IMG/VR virus record: IMGVR_UViG_2660238683_000009
Coordinates: 1 to 41,078 of that record
Length of the DNA: 41,078 bases
Strand: one strand, 5' to 3'
Origin: a virus
Lineage: Duplodnaviria; Heunggongvirae; Uroviricota; Caudoviricetes
Position 1 is the stretch's first letter, and the number at the start of each line of letters is the position of its first letter. This document shows positions 38,658 to 41,078 of the stretch, piece after piece. A program made the position numbers and the translations under genes. The notes beneath the pieces are model-generated. The model worked only from the letters and a program-made list of their open reading frames with translations, was not told where the DNA came from and ran no database searches.

Positions 38658-39077
38658 ATGAAACAAATGTCACTAATTGAGATGGATGGATTTCTGAAAG
38701 GCAAATGCATCCCAAGTGATTTAAAGGTTAACGAAACAAACGCTGAATATCTGGTGCGTAAATTTGCTGAAGCGGAGGCCAAGTGCGCGGCGCTAGCAGC
38801 GGAGAATGCGGCGCTTAAACAGTCGGAGAAGGAATTTAATAACTTCTGTCGTCAGGAGTACTACGGTTGGGAGGACAACTTCACGGAAACCCCAGCCACC
38901 GATGCTTTCCTGGCTGAAGTACGGGCGCAGGGGGTAGAGATGTACGCAGATAACCTCGACAACGGAGCAGACGACGTAGAACGAGGTGGTTTTGATTATG
39001 CCGTTAAGTTTCTACGCAGTGAAGCGTCTAGTGTACGTTTGTTCGCCGACCAGCTTCGCAAAGGAGGCAACCAGTGA
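38658..39077 (+). CDS. Ead/Ea22-like protein
   Basis: 139 aa; position and sequence character resemble lambdoid Ea22-family early proteins as recalled. Confidence 0.4.
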   Translation: MKQMSLIEMDGFLKGKCIPSDLKVNETNAEYLVRKFAEAEAKCAALAAENAALKQSEKEFNNFCRQEYYGWEDNFTETPATDAFLAEVRAQGVEMYADNLDNGADDVERGGFDYAVKFLRSEASSVRLFADQLRKGGNQ

Positions 39078-39370
39078 GCAAGATTGACTATCAGGCACTG
39101 CGTGAGGCAGCAGTAGCAATTGAAACAGTAGCAACACCTCAAAAATTGCTGGCATTTCGTATGAAAGTCACACCTCAGGTTGTGCTGGCTCTACTGGATG
39201 AGCTGGAATCCAAAGACAGGCGCAACGCTGAGCTGGAGGCGAAACTCCAAGCCACTGACAAATTGCATGATAGCGCGTTCCGTCATGGTCTCCAGCATGG
39301 TTTTAGTTACGGTCAGACAGATGATCAAGCAGGATTTGAGAAAGCCATCCAAGCGTATGGGCAGCAGTGA
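39074..39370 (+). CDS. Ead/Ea22-like protein
   Basis: 98 aa, ATGA-coupled to the preceding gene. Confidence 0.35.
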   Translation: MSKIDYQALREAAVAIETVATPQKLLAFRMKVTPQVVLALLDELESKDRRNAELEAKLQATDKLHDSAFRHGLQHGFSYGQTDDQAGFEKAIQAYGQQ

Positions 39371-39384
39371 AAAGGAGAGTGAGT

Positions 39385-39561
39385 ATGAAATATGAAATCC
39401 CGGAATCAGAAGATATTGAATGGCAGCAGGCTATGCTCCGTGAAATAGACAGCGCCCTTGACGTCTTGCGTGATGAGCATGAGCACGCAGTGGTGGTAGA
39501 AGAAATCATCAATGATATCACCGCGAGAATAGCATCACTCCGCGCGTACTCTGGATACTGA
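39385..39561 (+). CDS. Small acidic hypothetical protein
   Basis: ORF track 39367..39561; start at Met (MKYEIPESED) preceded by GGAGAG. Confidence 0.3.
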   Translation: MKYEIPESEDIEWQQAMLREIDSALDVLRDEHEHAVVVEEIINDITARIASLRAYSGY

Positions 39562-39571
39562 GGGCTAACCC

Positions 39572-40588
39572 ATGACCAAACTAACCAAAGAACGCTTGGA
39601 AGAAATCGCAGAGCTTGCAAGAAAGGCGACGTACAAGCCATGTGCAATGCACATGACGAATTTATTGGTAGTATGCGATAGCGAAGTTATCGAGGAAATG
39701 GCCCGCCAGTTGCTTGCAAGCATGGAGCAGGAGCCTGTGTCGTACACCTGTAGTGACGCGTTAGATGATGTTTACTGTGGTAGCGCAGCCATGATGGGGC
39801 CCGCTGGCGCTGTGGGAGAAGTACCACTCTACGCAGCACCACAGTTACCTCATCCAGCACCGGAGCATCTTGCAGCAGTGGCAACGCTTGAAAGCAAAGG
39901 CTACACCTGGTACGGCGGCCAGCTATGGAAACCACCACTCGGCAAAGCGCCTGCATACATCACAGATGAGCAGCCAGCGGTGCCAGAAACGCTGCCGTGT
40001 CCAGTGATGCTTGAGCCGGGACTTCGCTTCGGCAAAGGCGTACGCACTCAAACCATGCTGGATGCATTGCAGCGCCGGGATGAATATTACGCCGACCTTG
40101 AAGCTATGACGCCAGGGCAGCGCGCCGATCACGATGCGGGCATGAAAGAGTTCGCCGCCATGCTTCAGGCCGAACCTGTAAGTAATAGTGATGAGTTACC
40201 GCTGGACTATCTGCAAGGACACAAAGACGGCCTTGAATGGGCGGCGCAACTGGCAGAGGCCAATCATCCGCAAACAGGTGACTGGTTATACGACGACCCA
40301 ATCGATCTTGCCAGGGCGATTCGCAAAGGTCCGGATATGCCTACTGTTCAGGGTGGCAATTCTCCGGTAACTCCGGATGGTTGGATAAGCTGTAGTGAGC
40401 AGATGCCTTCCGCAGGGTAACAAGTGTTGGCGTACCGTCCAGACGCGCCGGAAAGTAATGATCCATTAATCAAGATGGCAACGTACGTTGGCGGGTCAGC
40501 ACACGGACACGGCTTTGATTGCTACTGCAAGCCAACCCACTGGATGCCGCTGCCAGCAGCACCGCAGCAGGAGGTTAACCGTGGCTAA
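39572..40588 (+). pseudogene. DUF551-family protein interrupted by in-frame TAA (40418..40420)
   Basis: ORF ends ...DGWISCSEQMPSAG-stop, and the same frame continues QVLAYRPDAPESNDPLIKMATYVGGSAHGHGFDCYCKPTHWMPLP to a stop at 40586..40588; together this resembles one DUF551 domain. Confidence 0.5.
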
Positions 40589-40688
40589 CCTGCAACTTGC
40601 CGTCAAAGGTGAATAACAATCCTCGCACTCGCGGGGATTTCTTTTATCTGAACTCGCTACGGCGAGTTTTGTTTTATGGAGATGATAA

Positions 40689-40856
40689 ATGCAATTCCGA
40701 GTCACAGGTGAATGGAATGGAGAACCATTCAACAGGGTTATCGAAGCAGAGGACATCAATGACTGCTATGACCACTGGATGATATGGGCGCAGATAGCAC
40801 ATGCAGAAGTAACCAATATTCGAATTGAAGAACTGAAAGAACACCAAGCCGCCTGA
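40689..40856 (+). CDS. Small hypothetical protein upstream of excisionase
   Basis: 55-aa ORF (MQFRVTGEWNGEPFNRVIEAEDINDCYDHW...), GGAG RBS, followed by GCCGCC-TGAT-GGCGG hairpin and T-run; below the ORF-track size cutoff. Confidence 0.4.
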   Translation: MQFRVTGEWNGEPFNRVIEAEDINDCYDHWMIWAQIAHAEVTNIRIEELKEHQAA

Positions 40857-40886
40857 TGGCGGTTTCTTTTTGCCTGGAGAATTAAG

Positions 40887-41078
40887 ATGACCGATACCAG
40901 CCTGATTCCTGAGAAAGAAGTGATGAACAAGCTCGGTGTTTCATCACGTCAGACAATCTGGAACTATACCAAACGGCACGGATTTCCAAAGCCAGTCAGA
41001 ACCCACCCCAAATCATACCTTCGTGAAGCTGTTGAGGGGTGGATTCTTAACGGTGGCGTTAATCAGAAATGCTCCTGA
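40887..41078 (+). CDS. AlpA-family excisionase / transcriptional regulator
   Basis: 63 aa with HTH (MNKLGVSSRQTIWNYTKRHGFPKP) typical of AlpA/Xis proteins; at the expected position before an integrase beyond the window. Confidence 0.6.
   Translation: MTDTSLIPEKEVMNKLGVSSRQTIWNYTKRHGFPKPVRTHPKSYLREAVEGWILNGGVNQKCS

Larger units (their letters stand above)
1800..41078. mobile_element. Lambdoid-regulated prophage with contractile-tail module; left boundary approximate, right end beyond window
   Basis: Continuous phage gene set from tail fiber assembly gene (1900) to AlpA-like excisionase (40887..41078); host gene dacD immediately to the left; integrase expected beyond the right edge. Confidence 0.85.

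Noticed and set aside
40496-40759. Minus-strand 87-aa ORF near the right end
   Set aside because: It is antisense to the in-frame continuation of the DUF551 gene and to the small plus-strand ORF with a proper RBS and terminator.

Overview
The window holds the 5' flank of a host penicillin-binding-protein gene (dacD, minus strand, 1..1173) followed by about 39 kb of an integrated temperate phage that runs off the right edge; the integrase is not in the window. All protein-family calls are my own recognition from the translated ORFs and gene order, not database searches. The prophage has lambda-like regulation and gene order. On the minus strand, right to left: cro, cII, an O-like initiator with internal iterons, a DnaB-like helicase, ninB/E/F/G, Q, the S-R-Rz/Rz1 lysis cassette, Rha, terminase small and large subunits, portal, head genes, then a contractile (myovirus-type) tail: sheath, tube, chaperone, tape measure, baseplate, tail fiber. 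On the plus strand: cI, an N-like antiterminator, cIII, kil, a Rad52-like annealase, SSB, Ea22-like genes and an AlpA-like excisionase. The lysis and nin proteins look nearly identical to lambda, whereas the morphogenesis module is Mu/SfV-like, so the element is mosaic. The strongest candidates for an undescribed function are: (1) a 348-aa protein with one predicted transmembrane helix immediately downstream of cI in the rexAB-equivalent slot (32546..33592); (2) an AT-rich insertion inside the baseplate operon carrying a 296-aa lipoprotein and a convergent DUF4236 membrane protein (6189..7604); (3) two unrecognised genes between N and cIII in the ral/sieB slot (34641..36405). Other observations include a probable -1 frameshift in the tail chaperone, a DUF551 gene split by an in-frame stop, an SSB with a C-terminal extension, and a tRNA-like motif between Q and S. 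Novelty cannot be established without searches.
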